A stretch of DNA of 57,750 bases from Clostridia bacterium (lineage in GTDB: Bacteria > Bacillota > DUMD01): the NCBI GenBank assembly GCA_012840065.1, contig DUMD01000024.1:1-57750 (forward strand), in the 5' to 3' direction. This document shows positions 49,108-57,750 of this stretch, piece by piece (position 1 is the stretch's first letter; every line of letters begins with the position of its first letter). Both the position numbers and the translations under genes were made by a program. The notes under the pieces were generated by a model. It had not been told where the DNA came from. It saw only the letters and a program-made list of their open reading frames with translations, and did not search any database.

Positions 49108-49255
49108 AAATTCACCACCTTTGGTAAACCTAATCTTTAATATCTAGGGCAAAATAAAAAATTTATCTGGCAGCAGGAAAATTTATTTAAAGATATGATT
49201 CACCCCCCTCTTAAAATGAAGGGGGATGAAATCATTAACAGCCGACGAATAAATT

Positions 49256-50077
49256 TTATGTATTGCTGACAGTTTTTGAGTTCAATATTTGTTGTACAGG
49301 CTCATAACTTTTGCGATGGATAGGACTCACTCCCAACCTTTTAAGAGCTAAGAGATGTTCTTTAGTACCATACCCTTTATGGCGGGCAAATCCATACCCC
49401 GGATAAAGGAGGTCCATTTTTTCCATAATTCTATCCCTTGTTACCTTTGCCAAAATTGAAGCAGCAGCAATACTTGCACTTTTTTGATCCCCTTTTATAA
49501 TCCCCTTTTGAGCGATACAAAGACCGGGAATTGTTAAACCATCAACCAATAAATATTCAGGATAAATTTTTAAGTTATTTATTGCTTTTTCCATAGCTAA
49601 ATAAGTAGCTTGAACAATATTAATCTGGTCAATAATTTCATGACTAACCTGGCCAATACCATAAGCAATGGCATTTTCAATGATTTCAATATAAAGCTTA
49701 TCTCTTTGGCGAGGAGTTAATTTTTTAGAATCATTCAAATTCTCGATTAGACAATCCTGAGGAAGAATCACTGCAGCAGCAATTAGAGGACCAGCTAGAG
49801 GTCCCCGGCCTGCTTCATCCACTCCTGCGATAATTTTATAACCGCGCTGTTTAACTTCAGCTTCATATCTATAAAGATGATGCAGACGTTCACTTTCCAG
49901 TAGTTTTTTTTTCAACTCTTTTTCCCACTGCTTAGCCAGATTTTTAACGCCGCACCTGGGATCGGATCTCAACCGACCAAGGATTGCAGTTGTAATTCTA
50001 AAAGAATTTTGGTTTAACCACTCCTTTATTTCCTTCACCGTCATCATATCAAAATTCTGCATACAATCTTCCCCCAT
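49256..50077 (-). CDS. rnhB: Ribonuclease HII
   Basis: IAGVDEAGRGPLAGPL active-site motif, ...DSKKL..., ...VDG...; follows rbgA as in Bacillus. Confidence 0.93.
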   Translation of the reverse strand: MGEDCMQNFDMMTVKEIKEWLNQNSFRITTAILGRLRSDPRCGVKNLAKQWEKELKKKLLESERLHHLYRYEAEVKQRGYKIIAGVDEAGRGPLAGPLIAAAVILPQDCLIENLNDSKKLTPRQRDKLYIEIIENAIAYGIGQVSHEIIDQINIVQATYLAMEKAINNLKIYPEYLLVDGLTIPGLCIAQKGIIKGDQKSASIAAASILAKVTRDRIMEKMDLLYPGYGFARHKGYGTKEHLLALKRLGVSPIHRKSYEPVQQILNSKTVSNT

Positions 50078-50165
50078 TTTATTAGCTGGTTTTGTATCTA
50101 TGTTATCATTTAAAGCTCTCGATGACTACTAAAAAATACAAAAGATTTTCTTTTAACAGACAAAA

Positions 50166-50198
50166 ACTAACCTCATCACCGTAAGCAATGAGGTTAGT
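50166..50198 (-). terminator. Intrinsic terminator after rbgA
   Basis: ACTAACCTCAT-caccgtaagca-ATGAGGTTAGT followed by TTTTTG on the minus strand. Confidence 0.65.
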
Positions 50199-50215
50199 AG
50201 GAAAATAATTATTTT

Positions 50216-51064
50216 TTATTTTTTAGGTTGTTCTAAGGTAATACGACCTAATTTGCCTTTCTGAAAATCAAGTAGAAAATTCCGTGCTGACTTGTCTAAG
50301 TCTACTTCTCCTCCCTGCATCAGAAAACCTCTAGATTTTCCAAAGCTAGTCAAAAGAGTTGTTATGTCTACCTGATCTTTACCTGTTAGATCATACTGTT
50401 TCAGAATTTCCTCTTTTTGCTGAGTAGGAAGATATAAAATAAGATGATTTATCATTTCAACCGGATCAAATAAATGAGAAGCAATAGCACCGGTCAAAGC
50501 TAATTTATATCCTACCTCCTCTTCTTCAAACTTAGGCCAAAGTATGCCAGGAACATCTAATAATTCCAAATCACCGGAAAATTTAATCCACTGCAATCCC
50601 TTAGTAATCCCGGGTCTATCACCTATCTTTGCACTTTTCTTTTTAGCAAAGCGATTTATTAATGAAGATTTACCTACATTAGGAATACCCAAAACCATAG
50701 CTCTAAAAGCCCTGGGTTTTCTCCCTCTTTTTTTCCAATATTCTAATTTATCTTTCATTAAATTTTTTATTTGTTTAGTAAGCATATTTAAGCCTATTCC
50801 ACGCTGGGAATCAACAGGAACAGCAATTAACGATTGTTTTTGAAAATATTCTATCCATTCTTCTGTAATCTCTGGAGAAGCTAAATCAGCTTTATTAAGC
50901 ACAATTATCCGTGGTTTTTTTTCTGTAATACTTGCAATATCAGGATTTTGACTGCTATAAGGAATTCTAGCATCCAATAGCTCAATCACCAAATCAACCA
51001 ATTTAAGATGTTCCTGAATATTCCTTTTTGCTTTAGCCATATGCCCCGGATACCATTGAATCAA
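50216..51064 (-). CDS. rbgA: Ribosome biogenesis GTPase A (RbgA/YlqF)
   Basis: MIQWYPGHMAKAKR start; circularly permuted GTPase motifs NKADL ... GIPNVGKSSLIN ... DVPG. Confidence 0.95.
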   Translation of the reverse strand: MIQWYPGHMAKAKRNIQEHLKLVDLVIELLDARIPYSSQNPDIASITEKKPRIIVLNKADLASPEITEEWIEYFQKQSLIAVPVDSQRGIGLNMLTKQIKNLMKDKLEYWKKRGRKPRAFRAMVLGIPNVGKSSLINRFAKKKSAKIGDRPGITKGLQWIKFSGDLELLDVPGILWPKFEEEEVGYKLALTGAIASHLFDPVEMINHLILYLPTQQKEEILKQYDLTGKDQVDITTLLTSFGKSRGFLMQGGEVDLDKSARNFLLDFQKGKLGRITLEQPKK

Positions 51065-51109
51065 ATTCAGGCCACCACCTAAACAATATATTTTATTACA
51101 CTTTACTTA

Positions 51110-51634
51110 TTATAGCTTTTTCATCGAACTTAAAGGCCAAAAAACAAAGAAAGCTTTCCCCTCAATAGCTTCTGGATTAATAAAACCTACCTGAGGAAAT
51201 CTACTATCCGAACTATGATTGCGGTTATCTCCCAAGACAAAATATTTTCCTTCCGGAACCGTTACCGGTCCATAATGACCAAGGGTTTGCTCTGCAATGT
51301 AGGGTTCATATCTAGGTTTTCCATCCACCAATACTTGTCCATTCTTTATTTCAACAGTTTGTCCACCGATAGCAATTATTCTTTTAACAAAATCTTTTTC
51401 TTCGTCTCCAGCGAATTTAAAAACAATAATTTCATCCACTCTAGGTTCTCTAAAACGGTAAATAAATTTGTTTACAAATAAATATTCATTATCATCCAAA
51501 GTTGGATACATTGAAGTACCATCAACCAAATAGATCTCTAAAACAAACATTCTGACAAAAAGTGCTATCATAACCGCTATAACAATTGTCTTTACAAATT
51601 CCTTTGCCTGATTCTGTTGTTCATGTAACCCCAT
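51110..51634 (-). CDS. lepB: Signal peptidase I (copy 1)
   Basis: DGTSMYPTL (Ser box), KRIIAIGGQTVE (Lys box), VLGDNRNHSSDSR. ATG at 51634 is preceded by GAGGGGAG. Confidence 0.9.
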   Translation of the reverse strand: MGLHEQQNQAKEFVKTIVIAVMIALFVRMFVLEIYLVDGTSMYPTLDDNEYLFVNKFIYRFREPRVDEIIVFKFAGDEEKDFVKRIIAIGGQTVEIKNGQVLVDGKPRYEPYIAEQTLGHYGPVTVPEGKYFVLGDNRNHSSDSRFPQVGFINPEAIEGKAFFVFWPLSSMKKL

Positions 51635-51732
51635 TTTGGTATTCTCCCCTCGTAGTAAAGTTACTACTATCAGTGATAGCGGCAATAAATCAGAAAAGTT
51701 ACTATCTTAGTTTACCACTAATTTAATAAGTA

Positions 51733-52269
51733 CTACAACATCCTTACAGATTTTAAAGGCCAATAAACAAAGAAAGCTTTCCCCCTTATAGCTTCTGAGG
51801 AAACAAAACCTATTTCAGAAGAACGACTATCCATGCTGTAATTTCTATTATCACCTAAAACAAAATAGTGATCTGGTGGAACCGTTTTTGGTCCATATTC
51901 TCCAACGGTTTGTTCAATTAAATAGGGTTCAATAAACTCTTTTCCATCAACATATAATCGGCCATTTTTAATTTCCACGGTTTGACCGCCAACAGCAACA
52001 ATTCTTTTAAGTGTAACTATACCATATCGAGCCCTAGGTTCAGTTATAATTACTGAAACAAGGTCTCCAGGTTGAGGTTTGCCGGAAATATAAGCCAATC
52101 TATTTATAATTAAATGTTCTTCCGGTTTTAAAGTAGGCTCCATTGAACTGTCTTGGACGATACTAAGATCTAAAACAGTACCTCTAACTAGAAGTAATAA
52201 CATAAGAATAATGCCAATAGAAAAGAACCTTAAATCTGACACAGTTTCACTTCTTTTCGCTTCCTCCAT
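51733..52269 (-). CDS. lepB: Signal peptidase I (copy 2)
   Basis: QDSSMEPTL, KRIVAVGGQTVE, VLGDNRNYSMDSR; tandem paralogue of copy 1. Confidence 0.9.
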   Translation of the reverse strand: MEEAKRSETVSDLRFFSIGIILMLLLLVRGTVLDLSIVQDSSMEPTLKPEEHLIINRLAYISGKPQPGDLVSVIITEPRARYGIVTLKRIVAVGGQTVEIKNGRLYVDGKEFIEPYLIEQTVGEYGPKTVPPDHYFVLGDNRNYSMDSRSSEIGFVSSEAIRGKAFFVYWPLKSVRML

Positions 52270-52384
52270 TATTTTACCCCTCCACTCCTAATAGCTTTGT
52301 TTCTATTATATTTACGCCTTATTTATAAGCTTTCCCTTGTTTTTTACAACTATTAATTTAATTATTTCATTCTAGATGCAAATG

Positions 52385-52414
52385 TCAAAAAAGGGACTGA
52401 TTAGCAGTCCCTTT
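52385..52414 (-). terminator. Intrinsic terminator after rplS
   Basis: AAGGGACTG-attag-CAGTCCCTT with TTTTTT on the minus strand. Confidence 0.8.
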
Positions 52415-52438
52415 CAACCTTTTAAGTTATTTAACTAC

Positions 52439-52786
52439 CTAATTACTACGTTTTTCCTTGATTCTTGCTGCTTTGCCCCTTAATCCTCTTAAATAGTACA
52501 ATTTAGCCCTTCTTACTAGACCTTCTTTAACCAGCTCAATTTTATCAATCATAGGGGAGTGAAGTAGGAAGGTTCTCTCAACACCCACACCATAAGACAC
52601 ACGACGTACCGTAAACGTACTGTTAATACCAGCATTTTTGCGGCGGATTACAATCCCCTCAAACACCTGGATACGTTGTCTATTACCTTCCACAACCTTT
52701 ACGTGTACTTTTACAGTATCACCTGCTTTAAAATTTGGAATATCGTTTTTCAAATGCTCCTGTTCAACCATTTTTACAAGATCCAC
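52439..52786 (-). CDS. rplS: 50S ribosomal protein L19
   Basis: ...[47 protein letters not shown].... GTG start after GGAGGAAGGAGGG; an ATG five codons in is the alternative. Confidence 0.96.
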   Translation of the reverse strand: MDLVKMVEQEHLKNDIPNFKAGDTVKVHVKVVEGNRQRIQVFEGIVIRRKNAGINSTFTVRRVSYGVGVERTFLLHSPMIDKIELVKEGLVRRAKLYYLRGLRGKAARIKEKRSN

Positions 52787-52863
52787 TAAAATTCCCTCCT
52801 TCCTCCTAGACGTTCATAATCGTTTCAGCACGAACAGCGGACCGCCCGTTTTCAACATTTTGT

Positions 52864-52892
52864 ATTATAGCATAAATTGAAAATGTTTACAA
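52864..52892 (-). promoter_or_regulatory. Candidate sigma-A promoter for rplS, located just after the trmD stop
   Basis: Minus strand TTGTAA (52892-52887), 17 nt, TATAAT (52869-52864). Confidence 0.5.
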
Positions 52893-52893
52893 T

Positions 52894-53679
52894 CTATATA
52901 TTTTCCTTCTTCCTTGATTCATTATTACTTGCTGTTCCCTTTATTTTTAATTTTTTTAAAAACTCTATATCTTCTTTAGTAAGCTCACAATTTTCTAACA
53001 TCTCAGGCCGCCTTTTTAGGGTTCTGAGTAAAGATTGTTCCCGACGCCATCTGGCAATTTCCTTGTGATTGCCTGACAAAAGCACATCAGGAACCAAATA
53101 TCCTCTAAAATCCCGTGGTCTTGTATATTGGGGATACTCTAACAACCCCCTGGAAAAAGAATCCTCTTCTGTTGCTTCACTGTTTCCTAAAACACCAGGC
53201 AGTAATCTCACTACTGAATCTACCACTACCATAGCAGGTAATTCTCCACCCGTTAAGACATAATCTCCTATAGATATTTCTTCTTCTGCCAAGTATTCCC
53301 TTATTCTTTCATCAAAACCTTCATAGTGTCCGCATAGAATAATTAAATGATCATAATGACTTAATTCGACTGCTTTTTTTTGATTAAACCTTTCGCCTTG
53401 AGGACTCATCAGAATTATCTTTCCTCTTGGTAAAAAAAGGTTACGGTTAACCTGCTTTATATGTTCAACAGCACGGAAAAAGGGTTCCGGAGCAAGTATC
53501 ATTCCTCCTCCCCCACCAAAAGGATAGTCATCCACCGTTTTATGCTTGTTTGTACTAAAATCCCTTAAATTCCAAATCGTGATATCGACAATTTTATTTT
53601 TTCTGGCCCGGCCAATTATACTTTCTGAAAAAGGTTTTTCAAACATAGTCGGAAATAAGGTTATAATATCAATTTTCAT
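52894..53679 (-). CDS. trmD: tRNA (guanine37-N1)-methyltransferase TrmD
   Basis: [14 protein letters not shown]..., ...[11 protein letters not shown]..., [16 protein letters not shown]. Confidence 0.96.
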   Translation of the reverse strand: MKIDIITLFPTMFEKPFSESIIGRARKNKIVDITIWNLRDFSTNKHKTVDDYPFGGGGGMILAPEPFFRAVEHIKQVNRNLFLPRGKIILMSPQGERFNQKKAVELSHYDHLIILCGHYEGFDERIREYLAEEEISIGDYVLTGGELPAMVVVDSVVRLLPGVLGNSEATEEDSFSRGLLEYPQYTRPRDFRGYLVPDVLLSGNHKEIARWRREQSLLRTLKRRPEMLENCELTKEDIEFLKKLKIKGTASNNESRKKENI

Positions 53680-53701
53680 ACAAATCGCTCCAGGTCAAAA
53701 T

Positions 53702-54241
53702 CTATCTTAACTCCTCAGGGAAATTAAGATAGATTTTTTTATTTTCCAAATCTATCTTTTCAACTAAAGACTTTAAAGCAGGGAACAAAAGTTCTTTAGG
53801 TTTTCCTGATTTCGTCAGTTCATTAGTTTTAATCACATACACGTCATTACTTCCTGTTCGAAAGATATCCGTTATCACACCCAGTACCTCTTCATTCCTG
53901 TTTATTGCGGTTAAACCAATAATCTGATCATAATAATAAGTCCCTGGGGGAAGAGGAAATCTCTCTTGGGGTAAAATGCAAAGATAATTACCTCTTAAAC
54001 TTTGGGCTGTATCCGGATCATCTATTCCTTTAAACTTCATAATAAGAAATTGTTTATGCAACCTAAAAGACTCAATTTCAACCCTCGACAATTTTTCTTC
54101 CAAATTTTTCTCAAATTTTGTTAAAAAAACTGATCTTAAACTATTAAATCTTTCCAAATAATCTGTTAGAGGTACAACTTTAACTTCTCCTTTAATTCCA
54201 TGAGGAGCAACGATCTCTCCTATTTTGATTAGTGTTTCCAA
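53702..54241 (-). CDS. rimM: 16S rRNA processing protein RimM
   Basis: IKIGEIVAPHGIKGEVKV start and PRC-barrel C-terminus; synteny with trmD. Confidence 0.93.
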   Translation of the reverse strand: METLIKIGEIVAPHGIKGEVKVVPLTDYLERFNSLRSVFLTKFEKNLEEKLSRVEIESFRLHKQFLIMKFKGIDDPDTAQSLRGNYLCILPQERFPLPPGTYYYDQIIGLTAINRNEEVLGVITDIFRTGSNDVYVIKTNELTKSGKPKELLFPALKSLVEKIDLENKKIYLNFPEELR

Positions 54242-54253
54242 TCATTCTCCCCC

Positions 54254-54658
54254 TCACTTAATTTCTATTACTTTCCCATCTTCAATAATAATTTCTGATT
54301 TCATTATCCTATCCCAGTCGTCTCCTTCTTTTACTTCGACCAAACTTTCCATAGTGCCTTCAATGACTTCCAAACCTATTTCCCATTTTTTTACTTCTTC
54401 TATCTTTTCTAGGAGTTTAGTTTTTAACTCCAAGCGTTTTTTCTTCTCTTCTTCCATTTGCTGTCTCAAATTCAAGTACCGTTGTTTTAACTGTTTTTCC
54501 GCATTATAAGATATTCTTTTTTCCTGAAACTCAATTTGCTCTATTTCTAAATTTACCCTCTCCAAAGCTTTTTCTATCTGCTCAATAGTTTCGGATTTAA
54601 ATTTTTCAGTAACCTTTATTTTTATTATAACCGGCCTTTTAATAGTTATATTAGGCAC
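54254..54658 (-). CDS. ylqD: YlqD family protein
   Basis: 134 aa, coiled-coil-rich, in the ylqC-ylqD-rimM position of the Bacillus-type operon; GTG start after GGAGGGAGG. Confidence 0.7.
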   Translation of the reverse strand: MPNITIKRPVIIKIKVTEKFKSETIEQIEKALERVNLEIEQIEFQEKRISYNAEKQLKQRYLNLRQQMEEEKKKRLELKTKLLEKIEEVKKWEIGLEVIEGTMESLVEVKEGDDWDRIMKSEIIIEDGKVIEIK

Positions 54659-54867
54659 GGAATCCTCCCTCCAAGCAATTAGGAACTATAAAAACAATGA
54701 AAAATTCTTAACACCAAGCCTAAATTTCCTTAGCTATCAACAAAAATTTCTTGGCCATAACTACAATATCATAGTAAACAAAAATAAAAAATCAGCCTTA
54801 AACTAACTAAAAATTATCCTTTATAAAAAACATAAAAAATTCACTACCGAGTAAAAGAGTTATTATC

Positions 54868-54906
54868 TTAAAAAGGTTAGAAGGGGTAAACCTTCTAACC
54901 TTTTTA
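54868..54906 (-). terminator. Intrinsic terminator after the KH-domain gene
   Basis: AGGTTAGAAGG-ggtaaa-CCTTCTAACCT with flanking A/T runs. Confidence 0.75.
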
Positions 54907-54907
54907 A

Positions 54908-55138
54908 TTACTGTACAATCTCCACAATAACTTTTTTACCTTTTTTGGCAGCAGCAGCTTTAACAACTGTTCTAATTGCTTTTGCTATTCTGCCTTGTTT
55001 ACCAATTATCTTTCCCATATCCTCCTGGGCTACTTTTAGCTCAAGGATTAGTGTTTTCTCACCTTCTACCTCAGATATAACTACTTCCTCTGGTTTATCA
55101 ACCAAAGACTGGGCAATCAACTTTACCAATTCTTTCAC
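54908..55138 (-). CDS. ylqC: KH-domain RNA-binding protein (UPF0109, YlqC-like)
   Basis: VKELVKLIAQSLVDKPEEV...GKIIGKQGRIAKAIRTV. GTG at 55138 is preceded by AGGAGGTG. Confidence 0.88.
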   Translation of the reverse strand: MKELVKLIAQSLVDKPEEVVISEVEGEKTLILELKVAQEDMGKIIGKQGRIAKAIRTVVKAAAAKKGKKVIVEIVQ

Positions 55139-55162
55139 CAGGAACACCTCCTAAACGGTGAC

Positions 55163-55444
55163 CTACTCTTGAACTATCTTCTGTTTAGATGCATAAAATT
55201 TTTCCATAATACCAGCCTTTTTAAGTAAGCTTTTCACAGTATCTGAAGGTTGTGCACCATCATTCAACCATTGTAAAGCTTTTTCCTCGTCGATTTTAAT
55301 AACCGGCGGTTCAGCGATTGGATTATAATATCCCAATTCCTCTACAAAACGGCCGTCTCGAGGAAATCTAGAATCTGATACAACCAATCTATAGAATGGT
55401 CTTTTCTTTGCTCCCATTCTTTTCAATCTTATTTTTACTGCCAT
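55163..55444 (-). CDS. rpsP: 30S ribosomal protein S16
   Basis: [26 protein letters not shown].... Confidence 0.97.
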   Translation of the reverse strand: MAVKIRLKRMGAKKRPFYRLVVSDSRFPRDGRFVEELGYYNPIAEPPVIKIDEEKALQWLNDGAQPSDTVKSLLKKAGIMEKFYASKQKIVQE

Positions 55445-55483
55445 TATTTCACCTCCTTCTTAATCTAAATACAAATATAACAG

Positions 55484-56824
55484 TTATCTAAAAAAGGGAA
55501 ATCCCCCTCGTTTAGCTATTTTATCCCGATTTTGAGAAAACTGTTTCATTAGCTTTTTAGTCTGTTCAAATTGTTTTAACAGTCTATTCACATCCTGTAC
55601 TTTTGTTCCGCTACCCATAGCAATTCTTTTTCTTCTACTTCCAGTTATTATAGAAGGATTTCGTCTTTCTTCTTTAGTCATCGAATTGATAATAGCTTCT
55701 ATTTTTATCATTTCTTTCTCGTTAAAGGATAGGTCCTGTCCTTTAGATATTTTACTCATTCCGGGAATCATTCCCATAAGTTGATCTAAAGGCCCCATCT
55801 TCTTGACCTGTTGTAACTGATCTAAAAAATCCTCTAAAGTAAATTCCTGATTACGTAATTTTTTTTCTAAACTTTGTGCTTTTTCCAAATCAATACTAGC
55901 TTGAGCTTTTTCAATTAAAGACAGCATATCTCCCATGCCCAAAATTCTTGAAGCCATCCTATCGGGATGAAATGGTTCTAAGGCATCAAGTTTTTCTCCC
56001 ATTCCTGCAAATTTTATCGGCTTGCCGGTAATAGCTTTGACTGATAAAGCAGCTCCTCCCCTGGAATCTCCATCTAATTTGGTCATGATTATGCCGTCAA
56101 TTCCAAGCTTGGCATGAAAAGATTCTGCAACATTTACTGCATCCTGCCCGGTCATTGCATCCACTACCAATAAAATCTCATGAGGTTTAACAGTTTGCTT
56201 AATAAGCAATAATTCTTCCATTAACTCCTCATCAATATGAAGCCGACCTGCGGTATCTAAAATAACCAAATCATGTCCCCGGGACTTGGCATATTCTATT
56301 CCTGCTTTAGCAATATCAACAGGATTAGTTTGAGTCCCCATTGTAAAGACAGGCACCTCTGCCTGTTCTCCTACCACCTGCAATTGTTTAATGGCAGCAG
56401 GACGATAGATATCAGCAGCAATAAGGCAGGGATTTTTACCTTGTTTTTTAAGATAATTAGCCAATTTACCTGCTGTAGTAGTTTTTCCTGCCCCTTGTAA
56501 ACCCACCAACATAATAATCGTTGGAGGTTTAGAAACAATATTTAATTTGCTTTGGCTTCCACCCATTAACTCGGTTAATTCCTCATAAACTATCTTTATA
56601 ACCTGCTGAGCCGGGGTAAGACTGTTAAGAACTTCTTGTCCTACAGCTTTTTCCTGTACCCTGGCAATAAAATCTTTAGCCACCTTAAAATTAACATCTG
56701 CTTCTAATAAAGATAATCTCACTTCACGAAGAGCAGTTTTTACATCCTGCTCCGTTAGCTTACCCTTATTCTTTAATTTACGAAAGGTTTCCTGCAATTT
56801 TGCGGCCAAACCTTCAAATAGCAT
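55484..56824 (-). CDS. ffh: Signal recognition particle protein Ffh
   Basis: MLFEGLAAKLQETF start (RBS GGGAGG), GLQGAGKTTT, DTAGRL, TKLDGDSRGGAALS, Met-rich M domain. Confidence 0.96.
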   Translation of the reverse strand: MLFEGLAAKLQETFRKLKNKGKLTEQDVKTALREVRLSLLEADVNFKVAKDFIARVQEKAVGQEVLNSLTPAQQVIKIVYEELTELMGGSQSKLNIVSKPPTIIMLVGLQGAGKTTTAGKLANYLKKQGKNPCLIAADIYRPAAIKQLQVVGEQAEVPVFTMGTQTNPVDIAKAGIEYAKSRGHDLVILDTAGRLHIDEELMEELLLIKQTVKPHEILLVVDAMTGQDAVNVAESFHAKLGIDGIIMTKLDGDSRGGAALSVKAITGKPIKFAGMGEKLDALEPFHPDRMASRILGMGDMLSLIEKAQASIDLEKAQSLEKKLRNQEFTLEDFLDQLQQVKKMGPLDQLMGMIPGMSKISKGQDLSFNEKEMIKIEAIINSMTKEERRNPSIITGSRRKRIAMGSGTKVQDVNRLLKQFEQTKKLMKQFSQNRDKIAKRGGFPFFR

Positions 56825-56853
56825 TATTTTACCTCCCTGCAACTATTAAACCC

Positions 56854-57225
56854 TCATTCAATAGCTTCACGAACCAAATCAGTTAGAAGACCTTTTATCG
56901 CATTTATTTGAACAAGCTGAGACTCGGACAATAAATCCCCGACTTGAAGCAGGAGTTTATTAACTAGCTGTAAAGCCTCATCCAATTTTTTCTGCTGCTT
57001 TTGAAATCTTTCTACTAGTCTTAATTTTTCTTCATATTCTTCTAAACTTTTTTCCGCCCTTTTCAGAATATCAAAGACAGCTTGCTTACTTATTTTAAAT
57101 TCTTGAGCAATTTCCGTAAGTGACAAATCATCACTGTAATACATATCAATTAATTTTTTCTGCTTCTCCGTCAATAATTCTCCATAAAAATCAGCTAACA
57201 AGCCGATCCTAAACACTTTATCCAT
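56854..57225 (-). CDS. ylxM: YlxM/p13-like putative helix-turn-helix protein
   Basis: ...LLADFYGELLTEKQKKLIDMYYSDDLSLTEIAQEFKISKQAVFD...; between ftsY and ffh. Confidence 0.88.
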   Translation of the reverse strand: MDKVFRIGLLADFYGELLTEKQKKLIDMYYSDDLSLTEIAQEFKISKQAVFDILKRAEKSLEEYEEKLRLVERFQKQQKKLDEALQLVNKLLLQVGDLLSESQLVQINAIKGLLTDLVREAIE

Positions 57226-57307
57226 TATAAGTTCACCACCGGCTGTCAAGTAATTACACTTGACGTGGATATTTTAACCTAACCATTTTTCTTTGTCAAT
57301 GCAAAAT

Positions 57308-57750
57308 TTAAGCAAATAAAGCATCTACGAACTCATTAGGATCAAATTCTTTTATGTCATTTATTTTTTCCCCTAGACCGATATATTTTACCGGTATCTT
57401 CAACTCATTACCAATTGCAATGGTTATCCCGCCTTTAGCTGTACCATCCAATTTGGAAAGAATTAAACCACTAACCCCAACTGCTCCTGTAAACATTTTT
57501 GCTTGGGCTAAACCATTTTGACCAGTTGTAGCATCTAAGACTAAAAGAACTTCATGAGGAGCATCCGGAATTTCACGCTTAATAACTCGCTCAATCTTTT
57601 TCATTTCTTCCATTAGATTAGTTTTTGTATGCAGCCTACCAGCTGTATCGATAATTAATAAATCCGCCTTTCTAGCTTTCGCCGCCTGAATCGCATCAAA
57701 AGCAACAGCAGCCGGATCTGCTCCAGGATGATGTTTTATCAACTCTATAC
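57308..57750 (-). CDS. ftsY: Signal recognition particle receptor FtsY (3' part; N-terminus beyond window end)
   Basis: ...LLIIDTAGRLHTKTNLMEEMKKI..., SKLDGTAKGG..., PVKYIGLGEKINDIKEFDPNEFVDALF; the ORF is open to the window edge. Confidence 0.93.
   Translation of the reverse strand, partial: IELIKHHPGADPAAVAFDAIQAAKARKADLLIIDTAGRLHTKTNLMEEMKKIERVIKREIPDAPHEVLLVLDATTGQNGLAQAKMFTGAVGVSGLILSKLDGTAKGGITIAIGNELKIPVKYIGLGEKINDIKEFDPNEFVDALFA

Noticed and set aside
49201-49235. Hairpin CCCCCUUC-auuuuaa-GAGGGGGG after rnhB as an intrinsic terminator.
   Set aside because: The stem is fine (8 bp with one G-U), but no U tract follows on the minus strand. This is too weak to list as a feature, so rnhB may read through into the FliK-like operon.
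1997-57000. Many 60-114-aa ORFs in the six-frame track lie antisense to, or out of frame within, the large genes. Examples: 1997-2221, 4483-4683, 4687-5022, 8444-8758, 9051-9290, 11316-11654, 13155-13499, 20031-20324, 21720-22019, 24615-24821, 27794-28129, 33774-34079, 35433-35768, 38171-38416, 39050-39379, 48068-48304, 52638-52880, 54225-54509 and 56273-56500.
   Set aside because: They fully overlap confidently identified genes, lack RBS signals, have low-complexity Ser/Leu/Phe/Ile-rich composition typical of shadow frames in AT-rich DNA, and match no recognisable family.

Overview
AT-rich Firmicutes/Clostridia-type chromosomal segment; taxonomy is inferred from gene order and codon style only. 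About 60 genes, almost all on the minus strand.

Conserved backbone, by my recollection of Bacillus subtilis gene order:
- Right end: ftsY-ylxM-ffh-rpsP-KH(ylqC)-ylqD-rimM-trmD-rplS, two tandem signal peptidases, rbgA and rnhB.
- Left end: dprA-topA-trmFO-xerC-hslV-hslU-codY, then the start of the flagellar operon flgB-flgC-fliE-fliF-fliG (fliG is cut by the window edge).

About 35 kb of variable content (12.3-47.3 kb) lies between the two backbone halves:
- a translationally coupled hydantoinase-like/HDAC-like pair;
- tRNA-Arg(CCG);
- a PG-binding/LysM protein followed by a holin-like gene;
- 5-formyl-THF cyclo-ligase and a Ca-type P-type ATPase;
- an aldolase-mtnK-mtnA cluster that fits the 5-deoxyribose/DHAP shunt better than classical methionine salvage, next to an unassigned radical SAM enzyme;
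- typA;
- an ECF sigma/anti-sigma envelope block (GH3 NagZ-like lipoprotein, MBL lipoprotein, PLC-like protein, DUF3006);
- comM;
- two tandem LIV-type branched-chain amino acid ABC sets that share a single ATPase gene;
- a six-gene operon combining FliK-like, FlhB-C-like and HD-GYP proteins with yraN, an amidohydrolase and a YkgJ-type Cys-cluster protein.

The strongest signals not explained by ORFs are two second-messenger riboswitches read directly from the sequence:
- a GEMM-I c-di-GMP aptamer plus terminator in the flgB leader;
- a ydaO-type c-di-AMP aptamer directly ahead of the PG-binding/LysM gene.

No CRISPR array, rRNA, recognisable transposase, integrase island or classical defence genes were seen. 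All family assignments are from motif recognition by eye; no searches were run.
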